Shown piece by piece: positions 40,170 through 50,358 of a DNA stretch of 64,000 nt. The DNA is taken from NCBI GenBank assembly GCA_038134595.1, contig JAYPVM010000005.1, positions 32,001-96,000 of the forward strand. The letters run 5' to 3'. Both the position numbers and the translations under genes were made by a program. Position 1 is the stretch's first letter. Each line of letters opens with the position of its first letter. Source of the stretch: Pseudomonadota bacterium (GTDB lineage Bacteria > Bdellovibrionota_C > UBA2361 > OMII01). The notes under the pieces are model-generated. The model did no database searches. It was given only the letters and a program-made list of their open reading frames with translations, and was not told where the DNA came from.

Positions 40170-41333
40170 TTACGGCAGCTGCCTTTTAACTAACCGTAAG
40201 ATACCTAAGGCAATTGTTTTAGCTGCGCCAAGACCTCGAGGCTCAAAAGGTTCCTGCTTCATACGGAGATAGTGCTCTGTGGTGAAAAGCTCCTGTAGGC
40301 TCTCTAATAGCCGACCCGCAAAGTTTGGCTGAGCCTCTTCAACGACAACTGCCTTTCCGGCATTTGCAAGAGATCGAGCATTGTCCGTCTGGTGCGTACC
40401 CTGTTGAAACGGGTATGGAACAAAAATAGTAGGCTTGTTGACACAACCTATCTCAGCCACTGAACTTGCCCCAGCCCTACTAATTATGACATCAGCCCAG
40501 TCATATGCCCCTGCCATATCATCAATAAACGGCACAACCGACGCCATTACGCCACAAGCTCGATATGAATTCACTACAAGCTCTATGTTTTCAGAGCGAC
40601 ACTGATGAACAACCTCAATCGCCCGCTCCTTTAGAAACTCTCCAATCTCGCTAATGACGTTATCGAGCCCTTGCGCCCCCTGAGATCCCCCTAAAATCAA
40701 TAATCGCTCCGGGTTGTTACTCCTAACCTTTCTACGTTCAACTGTGGCCAACTCAGGCCGAACGGGATGGCCCGTAAATTCAAGATTCGCCCCACCACGA
40801 ATCTTCGTCTCTTCAAAGGATATGGAGACAGTTGATGCAAAAAAACCTAATACCGAATTTGCAAGACCGGGATGCAACTCTGCCTCGTGCGCCCATGTCG
40901 GTATCCTCATTAATCGTGCGACAACTACTGGCATAACCGAAGCATATCCCCCGATCCCTACTACGACATCAGGTCGAAACCGTCGAAATAGCGAAACGCA
41001 TTGCAAGAAACATCGCGGCGTCATAAACACAAATCGCAATAGGCCACCCAAACCACGACGCTTAATTGCGGTACCGCTAATAATGTGACGTTTTAGGCCG
41101 TGCCCCCCAAGAATCTTTTCTTCGAGGGGTCGACCAACCCCGATACACTCAACAACCGCATCGGGCTGAACCGATTTAAGAGCATCAATAATGTGTATCG
41201 CTGGTATAAGATGTCCCCCCGTGCCAGATGCAGCAACCAAAATACGGACAGGAGATTCGGAGCTCACTATAGACGCTTCGCTCTCACCTCTTACATCTTG
41301 TTGCGTCGAATCAATCGATTTTGCCATAGACAT
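40170..41333 (-). CDS. murG: MurG glycosyltransferase
   Basis: SGTGGHLIP, GIGGY, GHPVR, GGSQGA, SRAGAS, HQTDNA; start set just after the ftsW stop. Confidence 0.95.
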   Translation of the reverse strand: MSMAKSIDSTQQDVRGESEASIVSSESPVRILVAASGTGGHLIPAIHIIDALKSVQPDAVVECIGVGRPLEEKILGGHGLKRHIISGTAIKRRGLGGLLRFVFMTPRCFLQCVSLFRRFRPDVVVGIGGYASVMPVVVARLMRIPTWAHEAELHPGLANSVLGFFASTVSISFEETKIRGGANLEFTGHPVRPELATVERRKVRSNNPERLLILGGSQGAQGLDNVISEIGEFLKERAIEVVHQCRSENIELVVNSYRACGVMASVVPFIDDMAGAYDWADVIISRAGASSVAEIGCVNKPTIFVPYPFQQGTHQTDNARSLANAGKAVVVEEAQPNFAGRLLESLQELFTTEHYLRMKQEPFEPRGLGAAKTIALGILRLVKRQLP

Positions 41334-41338
41334 CTCTA

Positions 41339-42505
41339 CTACCCCCATGCTCTGGCACCAATCCCCATTACATATTCTCGCCTTATGCGAACAAGCAGAC
41401 CAACAACACCCAAACAAGCCATCAAGCTTGATCCCCCGTAGCCAACAAGAGGCAATACAAGCCCCTTGGTCGGTAATACTCCTATCACCACGCCAACATT
41501 TAAAAATGCAGGCGCAACTATTATCATCGTAAGACCTACCGTCAGCGCAAAGAGAAACGTATCATCCCGGACTTGCTTCGCCAGCAACAACCCCCGCCAC
41601 AGCAATACCAAAAATCCTATCAGAACCGATATCCCCCCGACAAACCCGAGCTCTTCCGAAATTACCGCAAAAATAAAATCCGTGTGCGCCGCCGGCAAGA
41701 AGAACAACTTCTGTTGCCCTTCTCCCAAACCAACTCCCATCACTTGTCCTGAACCAACCGCTATCAATGACTGTATAAGCTGATAGCCCTTTCCCGAGGC
41801 ATCGGAAAAGGGATTAAGAAAGCTTACTATTCTCATCATGCGATACGGTGATATCGCTACAAGAACACCCAACACTATAGCCAAGCCAACCGAACAAAAT
41901 GCCAAGTGACCCAGCCTCACCCCACACGCAAGCGCCATAGCCAACACAACAAGCAGAATAACAACCGACGATCCAAAGTCTGGTTGTAGCAAAAGCAATC
42001 CAGCTAAAACTCCCACCAAAGCAAAGGGCTTGATGATACCATGTAAAAAAGAGCCAATTTTCATCTCATGCCTGGCAAAGAACCCCGCCATGAACACAAC
42101 AACCCCAACTTTTACAAATTCAGCAGGCTGGAAACGTATAGGCCCAAGCTTAACCCACCGAGAAGCCCCCCCTGCTCGATCGGCGATACCGGGGACGAGG
42201 GGAAAAACTAACATTATAAAACACGCGGGTAGTAAAACTGGGGACAGCTTTTTAATCAGCGAAACAGGCACCTTAGCCGCAACGACCATGAGAAATAAAC
42301 CAAGTAATGCAGAAAGGCTTTGGCGCTTCGCGCAAAACAAGGCATCACCCATACGCTCTTGCGATACGATTCCAGTCGTCGAGTAAACCATAATGAGCCC
42401 GAAACCAACTAGAGCCATGACTGTAAAGATAAATATGTAATCTAACGACGAAGGCGCCTTGAGATCCCTAAATTTTGCGCTGTGTAGATTTCCAATTAAG
42501 TCCAT
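41339..42505 (-). CDS. ftsW: SEDS protein FtsW
   Basis: GASRW, FQPAEFVK, QPDFG, GYQLIQS, HTDFIF, GYGGSS; adjacent to murG. Confidence 0.94.
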   Translation of the reverse strand: MDLIGNLHSAKFRDLKAPSSLDYIFIFTVMALVGFGLIMVYSTTGIVSQERMGDALFCAKRQSLSALLGLFLMVVAAKVPVSLIKKLSPVLLPACFIMLVFPLVPGIADRAGGASRWVKLGPIRFQPAEFVKVGVVVFMAGFFARHEMKIGSFLHGIIKPFALVGVLAGLLLLQPDFGSSVVILLVVLAMALACGVRLGHLAFCSVGLAIVLGVLVAISPYRMMRIVSFLNPFSDASGKGYQLIQSLIAVGSGQVMGVGLGEGQQKLFFLPAAHTDFIFAVISEELGFVGGISVLIGFLVLLWRGLLLAKQVRDDTFLFALTVGLTMIIVAPAFLNVGVVIGVLPTKGLVLPLVGYGGSSLMACLGVVGLLVRIRREYVMGIGARAWG

Positions 42506-42738
42506 AGGGGTAAGTATGCCAGAACACAACCCCGTTCGACTAGTCCGAATCTTTTCTAAAAATACCAGCAGCCGCCCACACCCTTCATTCCAATCCGACT
42601 TTTTTGAATAAATACTTCGCAAAACTACATAGTCTGCTATCCCACTCTAAAGAGTCGCGGCCAACAACACAACGATCACAAGAGACGCACAAAACCCCAC
42701 TCTAAAGCATATTGGATTACTGTGTCCGCGACTTATGA

Positions 42739-43677
42739 ATGGTACTTTTTACTCTCGTCCCCTTGTCACCCGAGGCCGTGTCGGTAATGATACTCTTAAT
42801 GAAGCCGGACTCTCCCAAAGCCATCAAAATAATACTGTCAGAATCCCCCAATTCGGATACTGAGGGCTTACCTCTATGCGACGCAGAGCCGAGTCACACC
42901 AACATAAATATCGTTGACTTAGGAAATAAAAACGAACCGACGATTATAATGCTCCACGGCTGGGGTCGCTCGGTCGAAAGCCTGCGAGGGTTAGGCGAGT
43001 TACTCGCTACAACCTACCGTGTCATTTTAGTTGATCTACCTGGCTTCGGCGAAAGTCCGCTTCCATTCGAAGCGAGCAATGAAGGTGGAGGATGGAGCAC
43101 CTTAGACTACGCCCATGCGATAGATAACTATATAGACCAGCTTGGTATTAAGTCCTGTACATTGCTTGGGCACTCTTTTGGAGGCAGGATTTCTATCCGA
43201 CTAGCTTCTAGAAACCCCCAAAAATTCACGTCAGTCATTCTCGTGGGGAGCCATGGATTACAGACAAAACGTTCTGCACTATTTAAATTAAAGGCCGCGG
43301 CAATTCGGTTCTCCGGTAGATTCTTAAAATCAGTTGACGGTTGGTTTGGCACCCGACTGTTTGAGCGAGCATTTATTCCCCGATTCGGCTCTATCGACTA
43401 TCAGCAAGCAGGGCAACTTCGCAAAACTCTGGTAAAAACGGTAACCGAAGACCTCACCGAAGAGGCGCGGGAAATAACACAACCCACACTACTTCTCTGG
43501 GGAGAAGAAGACCGGCAAACTCCTCTCGATCTGGCACACAGATTTCATAATCTCATCACTCGTAGCACCCTCTTTACTTTTCCCAACATGGGACACGAAC
43601 CGTTTGCTGACGTTGGCTCGCACACATTGTGTCGATATATTGAGAGGTTTCTCGCAAACAAGGAATCAACGATATGA
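42739..43677 (+). CDS. Alpha/beta hydrolase
   Basis: LHGWG, DLPGFG, GHSFGG, WGEED, GH; stop overlaps murF start (ATGA); start uncertain. Confidence 0.9.
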   Translation: MVLFTLVPLSPEAVSVMILLMKPDSPKAIKIILSESPNSDTEGLPLCDAEPSHTNINIVDLGNKNEPTIIMLHGWGRSVESLRGLGELLATTYRVILVDLPGFGESPLPFEASNEGGGWSTLDYAHAIDNYIDQLGIKSCTLLGHSFGGRISIRLASRNPQKFTSVILVGSHGLQTKRSALFKLKAAAIRFSGRFLKSVDGWFGTRLFERAFIPRFGSIDYQQAGQLRKTLVKTVTEDLTEEAREITQPTLLLWGEEDRQTPLDLAHRFHNLITRSTLFTFPNMGHEPFADVGSHTLCRYIERFLANKESTI

Positions 43678-45302
43678 CTTTCACGGCTTTACTGTTATTC
43701 TACACGGCCATTGCAGTCTTCACATGGCGGCGACTCCTTCAATACCTACGCTTTTTTCAGCAAGAGGGATACAATCACAAGAGGTTTTACCGGTGGCTCT
43801 ACGATCAGCGACTACTTGACACTCGCTTCACACTCATACTGAGTTCGCTCTGGTTTGCCCTAAGCGTTACCCCTTCATACGTGATCAAAATAGGATTTTT
43901 GTTTATAGCATCAGCTTCTCTTGCTTTCATTTCATTTACCAAAGAGCTCGATCCGCGGACGACAGGCAAGGTGAGGCTTGTAATGACTTCCCGCGCACAA
44001 AAGCTAGCATTTGTGACGCAGCTACTATTTATGACGGTGGCATCGTTGACCTTTTACTACTCGACAGCCGGAGCAACGAGCCCCCTGTCCGGCTTTGGCA
44101 CCCTCATTACTGTAGCTTTAGTGCAAGCCCTTCCCGCATTCTTGATGGTATCAAATTTTCTCTTACGACCCTTTGAATCTTGGGTGCAGGAATCGTTTAA
44201 ATCCGATGCTCTCAAACGCCTACACTCGTGTGCTCCGTACACGGTGGGGATTACTGGTAGCTACGGGAAAACAGGAGCAAAGGCAGCGCTTGGGGAATTA
44301 TTAACTCAATGCTTAGGACCAACCTTTTGGCCGCCACAAGGAATTAATACCGTCATGGGTATTACCCGCTCCATCCGGGAGGGTCTAAACCAGCATCACC
44401 GATATGCCGTTATTGAGATGGGGGCATACAACGTGGGCTCCATAAAACGTCTTTGTGATTTTACACCACCGCAGGCAGCCCTTGTCACCTCGGTCGGGAT
44501 TATGCATCTGGAACGATTTGGAAGTGCAGAAAATGTGTACCGAGCAAAATCGGAACTGGCTGAGAGCGTTCCATCGGATGGAATCCTCGTCTGCAACGGT
44601 GATAGTCATAATGCCCGTCGGATGGCGACTGAGCACCCCAAAGAAACCACCCTGCTTTATGGTTTACAACCGGGGCTAGGGAACCTAGACGTCTATGCGA
44701 CTGAAATATCCTTCACAGCCGCAGGCACGACATTTAATCTCCACTATAACGGGCTTAAATTGAAGGTAGTCACACCACTCTTAGGACGCCCGGCTCTTCT
44801 AAATATACTCGGCGCATACACAATGGCATGCGCTCTGGGCGCAGAACCTCACTATGCCGCTGCATGCCTTGCAAACTTAAAGCCTGTAGATAATAGACTT
44901 GTCTATGACAAACAGCCAAAGGTTTCATACCTCCGCGACGCCTATAACTCAAATCCCATCGGGTTTAACGCGGCATTAGAGGTCCTTAAGGCGATCCCTG
45001 CTTCGAGACGAATTCTCATGACCCCCGGAATGATTGAACTCGGAGAAGCTCAGTATGAGGAGAATAAAAGTGCGGCAATCACCGCCGCATCGGTTGCCGA
45101 CTTAGCTATAATCGTCGGTGAAACCAATCGGGAACCTCTTCTCGCTGGCCTAAAAGAAGGCGGATATTCCGACGAACGGACTGTCGTTGTTGACTCTCGT
45201 GATGAGGCATTTAACTACATCCGTGAAAACGGAGAAACGGGAGACCTAGTTCTCCTTGAAAATGACCTTGGAGATCTCCACGAGGGGCGCGTTCGGTTTT
45301 AA
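43674..45302 (+). CDS. murF: MurF-family ligase with N-terminal multi-TM domain
   Basis: GITGSYGKT, IEMGA, HLERF, DAYNSNP, GMIELG, LLENDL; about four N-terminal TM helices. Confidence 0.85.
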   Translation: MTFTALLLFYTAIAVFTWRRLLQYLRFFQQEGYNHKRFYRWLYDQRLLDTRFTLILSSLWFALSVTPSYVIKIGFLFIASASLAFISFTKELDPRTTGKVRLVMTSRAQKLAFVTQLLFMTVASLTFYYSTAGATSPLSGFGTLITVALVQALPAFLMVSNFLLRPFESWVQESFKSDALKRLHSCAPYTVGITGSYGKTGAKAALGELLTQCLGPTFWPPQGINTVMGITRSIREGLNQHHRYAVIEMGAYNVGSIKRLCDFTPPQAALVTSVGIMHLERFGSAENVYRAKSELAESVPSDGILVCNGDSHNARRMATEHPKETTLLYGLQPGLGNLDVYATEISFTAAGTTFNLHYNGLKLKVVTPLLGRPALLNILGAYTMACALGAEPHYAAACLANLKPVDNRLVYDKQPKVSYLRDAYNSNPIGFNAALEVLKAIPASRRILMTPGMIELGEAQYEENKSAAITAASVADLAIIVGETNREPLLAGLKEGGYSDERTVVVDSRDEAFNYIRENGETGDLVLLENDLGDLHEGRVRF

Positions 45303-46535
45303 ATGGGAGAGCCACTAATTATGCAATCAGAAAAACGACTTCGAATCGCCGTCATGTTTGGTGGCCGGTCAGTCGAGCATGAAATTTCGGTCATCACCGC
45401 TCTGCAACTTATGTTAGCAGCCGATCCAGAACGATATGAAATAATTCCTGTATACGTAGCGCCCGATGGTCGCTGGTATACTGGAAAAAGCCTACTTTCT
45501 CGGGAATTCTATCGCCTCTTTCCGAAGCAAGCGCACTCGTTAACAGAGGTCACGCTCCTGCCCAAACCTGGAACTGGAGGATTAACAGTGCTGACCCCCC
45601 CCTCTGTTCTATTCAAAGGCGCTCCCGCTTCGACGAGGATAGGATCGACAATTCCAATTGACATTTTTCTCCCAGTTTTTCACGGCCAGTACGGCGAGGA
45701 TGGCTGTATTCAGGGGTTGTTTGAATTAGCTCAAGTTCCATATACCGGCTCCGATATGACAGCTTCTGCTCTATCGATGAACAAATACGTATGCAAGAGC
45801 GTTCTCAAGGAACATGGCCTACCCGTCTTACCGGGGGTGCTCATCTCAAAAACTGCGGCGCAAAAGGACCTGGTTGGTGTTACAGAGAAGATACTTCTTA
45901 CTCCCGAGCTGTCACGTTTCCCGCTCTTCATCAAACCCTGCAATCTGGGCTCTAGCATCGGGATATCGCGAGTAGAATCGAGAGGAGACTTACCGGGAGC
46001 CCTCGCCAAGGTCTTTCGCTACGACGAGAGCGCTATAGTCGAGCCCTGCATCAGCGATATTATGGAGATAAACGTCTCTGTCCGTGACAATCGCGGCTCC
46101 ATCGAAGCCTCCGTGGTTGAAATTCCCGTCTCCGAGACCGGAGTATTATCATATGAAGAGAAATATCTCCGAGATGGTGGTAAGAAAAACGGTCCATCCC
46201 AAGGGATGGCGAGCTTGACCAGAGTCATCAACCCGACCGATCTTGATTCGACCTTGCGAGATAACGCCGTAGAGCTTGCAAAGCAGGCATTCGACATCTT
46301 AGGATGCTCAGGCGTAGCTCGTATGGATTTCATCGTAGATCTCAAGACAGGCATCCTATACTGCAACGAACTTAACGCACTACCTGGCTCCTGTGCATTC
46401 TATCTCTGGGCTCGTTCAGAACCTCGAATCCTCTATACTGATCTAATTGACACAATGATAGAAACTGCCATCGAACGTTTCGCTAAGAGCCTGTCTCTCG
46501 AACGGAACATCGAACTAAGGGCTCTGAAACGGTAG
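45303..46535 (+). CDS. ddl: D-alanine--D-alanine ligase
   Basis: FGGRSVEHEIS, HGQYGEDG, KPCNLGSSIG, YEEKY, ARMDF, NELNALPG. Confidence 0.93.
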   Translation: MGEPLIMQSEKRLRIAVMFGGRSVEHEISVITALQLMLAADPERYEIIPVYVAPDGRWYTGKSLLSREFYRLFPKQAHSLTEVTLLPKPGTGGLTVLTPPSVLFKGAPASTRIGSTIPIDIFLPVFHGQYGEDGCIQGLFELAQVPYTGSDMTASALSMNKYVCKSVLKEHGLPVLPGVLISKTAAQKDLVGVTEKILLTPELSRFPLFIKPCNLGSSIGISRVESRGDLPGALAKVFRYDESAIVEPCISDIMEINVSVRDNRGSIEASVVEIPVSETGVLSYEEKYLRDGGKKNGPSQGMASLTRVINPTDLDSTLRDNAVELAKQAFDILGCSGVARMDFIVDLKTGILYCNELNALPGSCAFYLWARSEPRILYTDLIDTMIETAIERFAKSLSLERNIELRALKR

Positions 46536-46541
46536 GAAGCA

Positions 46542-46757
46542 ATGAGTACACACAAGACATCGCAGAAACACACCTGTCGAACATGCAAAAATGCCATACC
46601 AACTGGCTCACAATTTGGCCCCTTCTGCTCTAACCGATGCAAAATGAACGACCTATCGAGGTGGTTTAGTGAAAGTTACGGCATTGAAGCTGTAGATGAC
46701 GACGCAGGGGAAGTTATCCACAATCTCAACGATCCACACCAACAAGAACAAGACTAA
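46542..46757 (+). CDS. yacG: DNA gyrase inhibitor YacG
   Basis: CRTC...PFCSNRCKMNDLSRWFSESY, acidic tail. Confidence 0.9.
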   Translation: MSTHKTSQKHTCRTCKNAIPTGSQFGPFCSNRCKMNDLSRWFSESYGIEAVDDDAGEVIHNLNDPHQQEQD

Positions 46758-46801
46758 CCACCGCCTACGAACCTTAAATACTCTCAATAAAACTACCGCT
46801 T

Positions 46802-47161
46802 CTATGAAACACGTCTTGCTTTGGAAATTTGCTTAAGGTGGGGATTAGTTGCGTTAATTACCCCCAGTTTCAAATACTCAGGATTAATCCCCAGAGCTTC
46901 ACAGACAGCTACGAAGGAAAATGTATAATCACTCTCCTTTGATTGTACCCACCGGTATGCTTCCCGATACCGACTGCGTTCTACCTCTGTCTTTGCCAAT
47001 AAAAAATTAACGTACGATTGAATCCCATCGAACAACAATGCCGATAAAAGCTCTCTCTCAGGCCCATCGGCATAGCCAGATCTGCCGTCAAGTAGCTCCT
47101 CAACCACGCCAGCTACAAAACCTCTCTCAATCCTGCATCCTGCATCGGTATCGCCAATCAT
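46802..47161 (-). CDS. Small hypothetical protein, possible C-terminal helix-turn-helix
   Basis: AGAGGGG SD; PERELLSALL...AYRWV...FSFVAVCEALGINPEYLK. Confidence 0.7.
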   Translation of the reverse strand: MIGDTDAGCRIERGFVAGVVEELLDGRSGYADGPERELLSALLFDGIQSYVNFLLAKTEVERSRYREAYRWVQSKESDYTFSFVAVCEALGINPEYLKLGVINATNPHLKQISKARRVS

Positions 47162-47429
47162 AACACAACCCCTCTCGATCTCTGTTATCAGACACTTTTA
47201 ATAAGCAGAACACAGCCGTAGTTCTGTCGCATAAAAAGCTCTGAATTTAAGGCTTCTATTACTTTGGATGCCGGAATCTCGAGTTCGGTGCGGCTCGGCA
47301 CGAATTCTATCTACCTAAATATACTTGCGATTCTATTTTTTCGTGTTTTTTTTGAATCCTTTTCATAGCATTGTTGGTTGATCGAAAAAGATACTTTGGC
47401 GGATTAGTCCAAGCCCCTGCTCTTACTCG

Positions 47430-48560
47430 TCAGAAGTGATCCCACACCGTAATCGCAACCTCAAGAAGTATAAGCAGCACGATAATCCACTCCAAAACCT
47501 CGGAGCGTCGTTGGGCCGCAGCATCGGAAAGCTTTTGATAGATACTATCAAGAGTATCAAGTTTACGACGGATGCTTGAGTTCCAATCAGAGAGATGAAA
47601 CTTCTTTGAACCCAAGGAGTACACACGAGCAAGATACTGATCACCTAGAAGCTTCAAAGCATTCTCCACGGCTTCATACAGTAGCGCCGAGTCAACCTGC
47701 AAACGCGCAACTTTTCTGAGGTTATTCTCAGTGCGCTTCTTATTGAGTAACGTCGAGTAAGCCTCTTCAAGTTGCGCATCAAGCTGTTCGTCGAGAAACC
47801 GCATCTCCATTAGTTCAACGTTACAGAACTCTAATACAGCTCGAACATCCTCAACATCGTCTCCGAAGAACAATGCGCCATTCCAGTCCACCACGACACA
47901 ATCGTTAGTCCCGTATGACGTCCGAGTTGATAACGCATCGCGAACCTCCTCACCACCTAACTGCTCTCGTTCAACTCGCAACAAACTTGCAAAATCATGC
48001 GCACCATCCGAAAGGAGCGATTCGACTGAATGCACTCCTTCAAACCTCTCAAAGTGATACACAACATAACCCTCGACGGAATCGCTCTTCACTGGGCGGA
48101 CTACAGTGTGTTGCAACTCTTCGAGCATCTGCTCGATTCGTAGCTGTGCATCTTGTAGTAAATACGAATTATCGTATAAAACCTCGCCAAGCTCAATTAG
48201 GGGCGCCATTGGGCCGCGAATATCAATTTGATACGTAACAGAACATGCACCGAAATCAAAAATCGTGAGTTCAGTCTGCGGATTTGTAAAAAATTTACCT
48301 AGATTAATTTGCTTGCCCTGCTGAAAGATTCTCAACGGAGGGGGATCGTAATCGAAATACTTAGGCGCCCGTCTATTGCGACGCAACTTGGTTCGCTCGA
48401 CCTCCTGCTTTCTGAGACAAGCTGCCGCTTCATCGAGCTTCATCGACAAGCCGAGCTCGAAAGCAAAGGTTACATAACAAACGCCCTTTTGCAGAAACGG
48501 CACTCGCGAGGCCATAACCGACAAGCTTGGCGTAACTTCCCCAAATTCCTTGCTATTCAC
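47430..48560 (-). CDS. RMD1/DUF155-like protein with C-terminal TM helix
   Basis: IFDFGACS, coiled region, RSEVLEWIIVLLILLEV C-terminus; AAGGAG SD. Confidence 0.7.
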   Translation of the reverse strand: MNSKEFGEVTPSLSVMASRVPFLQKGVCYVTFAFELGLSMKLDEAAACLRKQEVERTKLRRNRRAPKYFDYDPPPLRIFQQGKQINLGKFFTNPQTELTIFDFGACSVTYQIDIRGPMAPLIELGEVLYDNSYLLQDAQLRIEQMLEELQHTVVRPVKSDSVEGYVVYHFERFEGVHSVESLLSDGAHDFASLLRVEREQLGGEEVRDALSTRTSYGTNDCVVVDWNGALFFGDDVEDVRAVLEFCNVELMEMRFLDEQLDAQLEEAYSTLLNKKRTENNLRKVARLQVDSALLYEAVENALKLLGDQYLARVYSLGSKKFHLSDWNSSIRRKLDTLDSIYQKLSDAAAQRRSEVLEWIIVLLILLEVAITVWDHF

Positions 48561-48739
48561 ACAATACTCCTTTGCCTTTAAACCATTATACCGGGTTTTA
48601 AGAAAGATACACGAACAGAAACCCTTTGTAGTAACATCTATATTAATATTAATATCTTAGGTGAGTAAGAGAATGAGTATGCGCTTGGCTCCTTTGTAAA
48701 AACTTGTCGCATTAACTCGTTACATAATACCTGTATAAC

Positions 48740-50353
48740 ATGCAAATCGGAACGCCACTACCAAGGACGAGCGCCTCGAGCGATTCTCACGATTCTGACT
48801 TTCAGCGACATCTAGACCGACTTGACTCGCTCCTTAAACTCCGCCTACCAGACCCCGCATCAAACCAGGTCAAAAAACACTGCGCACGCGGCAAGCTTTT
48901 AGCCCGTGACCGCATTAGCCATCTCATCGACCCTGGTTCGGCATTTCTAGAACTAGCCCCTCTAGCTGGTTTTGACGTCTATCCCGAGCACAAGCTCCCG
49001 CCCGGAGCCGGCATCGTGACCGGCATTGGAATTGTCGACGGAATCCCCACCATGATAATAGCTAACGATGCAACCGTGAAAGGCGGAACATACTTTCCCC
49101 TTACGGTCAAAAAACACATCCGCGCCCAAGAGATTGCTCTTGAGAACAATCTACCGTGTATCTATTTGGTAGATTCCGGCGGCGCTTTTCTACCTCTTCA
49201 AGACGATGTATTTCCCGACAAGGAGCACTTCGGTAGATTGTTCTACAATCAAGCTCGCATGAGTGCTCAGGGAATAGCACAGATTTCAGTTGTACTAGGA
49301 TCGTGCACCGCTGGAGGCGCCTATGTTCCCGCAATGAGCGATGAAGCTATTATCGTCAAAGAACAGGGGATGATTTTCCTTGGCGGCCCCCCGCTCGTTA
49401 AGGCGGCAACAGGCGAAATCGTATCAGCCGAGGAGCTGGGGGGAGGAGACGTTCACTCAAGGATTAGTGGAGTTACGGATCATTTAGCAAGAGACGATTT
49501 TGAAGCACTCCATATAGCCAGGCGCAGTATTGGTACATTAAGAAATACTCAGCCTGTGAGGATCGGACGTGAGAGATCAAAGCCACCACGATTTGACCCT
49601 GTCGAGCTTAATTCACTTATACCCGCTGACCCTCGAAAACACTTCCCAATGCGCGAAATTCTCGCTCGCATCATAGATGATAGTGAACTCGATGAGTTTA
49701 AATCCGAGTACGGAAAAACACTAATATGTGGGTTCGCAAAAATCGATGGCTTTCTAGTTGGAATGCTAGCAAATGATGGCATCCTATTTTCAGAAAGTGC
49801 GCTTAAGGCCGCGCACTTTATCCAACTTTGCGATCAACGCTCTATCCCTCTCGTGTTTTTTCAAAACATTGTCGGTTTCATGGTCGGAAAGGACTATGAA
49901 CACAAAGGCATAGCTAAAGATGGGGCAAAAATGGTAACAGCGGTTGCGTGCGCTAATGTGCCAAAATACACCGTCATCGTGGGTAATTCATATGGAGCTG
50001 GCAACTATGCGATGTGCGGCAGAGCTTACAATCCGCGCTTTCTTTGGACATGGCCTCAAAGTCGCATTGGCGTTATGGGACCTGAACAAGCTGGCAATGT
50101 TCTAACACAGGTCCGGGCAGACAGTTTTTCTGCTCGAGGCGAACACTGGTCAGAAGAAGCGCAGGAAGCCTACTACAATCAAATCAACGACCAATACACC
50201 ACTCAGACCGACGTAGTCTACGGGAGTGCTCGGTTGTGGGACGATGGGATTATCAAACCCGCCGATACACGTGCAACACTAGCTCTCGCCCTTTCGCTCT
50301 CTGTGAAGCCCACCAGCGGTACTTACCGGTCGTATGGAACATTCAGGATGTAA
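48740..50353 (+). CDS. 3-methylcrotonyl-CoA carboxylase-like carboxyltransferase (beta) subunit
   Basis: [62 protein letters not shown]. Confidence 0.92.
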   Translation: MQIGTPLPRTSASSDSHDSDFQRHLDRLDSLLKLRLPDPASNQVKKHCARGKLLARDRISHLIDPGSAFLELAPLAGFDVYPEHKLPPGAGIVTGIGIVDGIPTMIIANDATVKGGTYFPLTVKKHIRAQEIALENNLPCIYLVDSGGAFLPLQDDVFPDKEHFGRLFYNQARMSAQGIAQISVVLGSCTAGGAYVPAMSDEAIIVKEQGMIFLGGPPLVKAATGEIVSAEELGGGDVHSRISGVTDHLARDDFEALHIARRSIGTLRNTQPVRIGRERSKPPRFDPVELNSLIPADPRKHFPMREILARIIDDSELDEFKSEYGKTLICGFAKIDGFLVGMLANDGILFSESALKAAHFIQLCDQRSIPLVFFQNIVGFMVGKDYEHKGIAKDGAKMVTAVACANVPKYTVIVGNSYGAGNYAMCGRAYNPRFLWTWPQSRIGVMGPEQAGNVLTQVRADSFSARGEHWSEEAQEAYYNQINDQYTTQTDVVYGSARLWDDGIIKPADTRATLALALSLSVKPTSGTYRSYGTFRM

Positions 50354-50358
50354 GCAAA

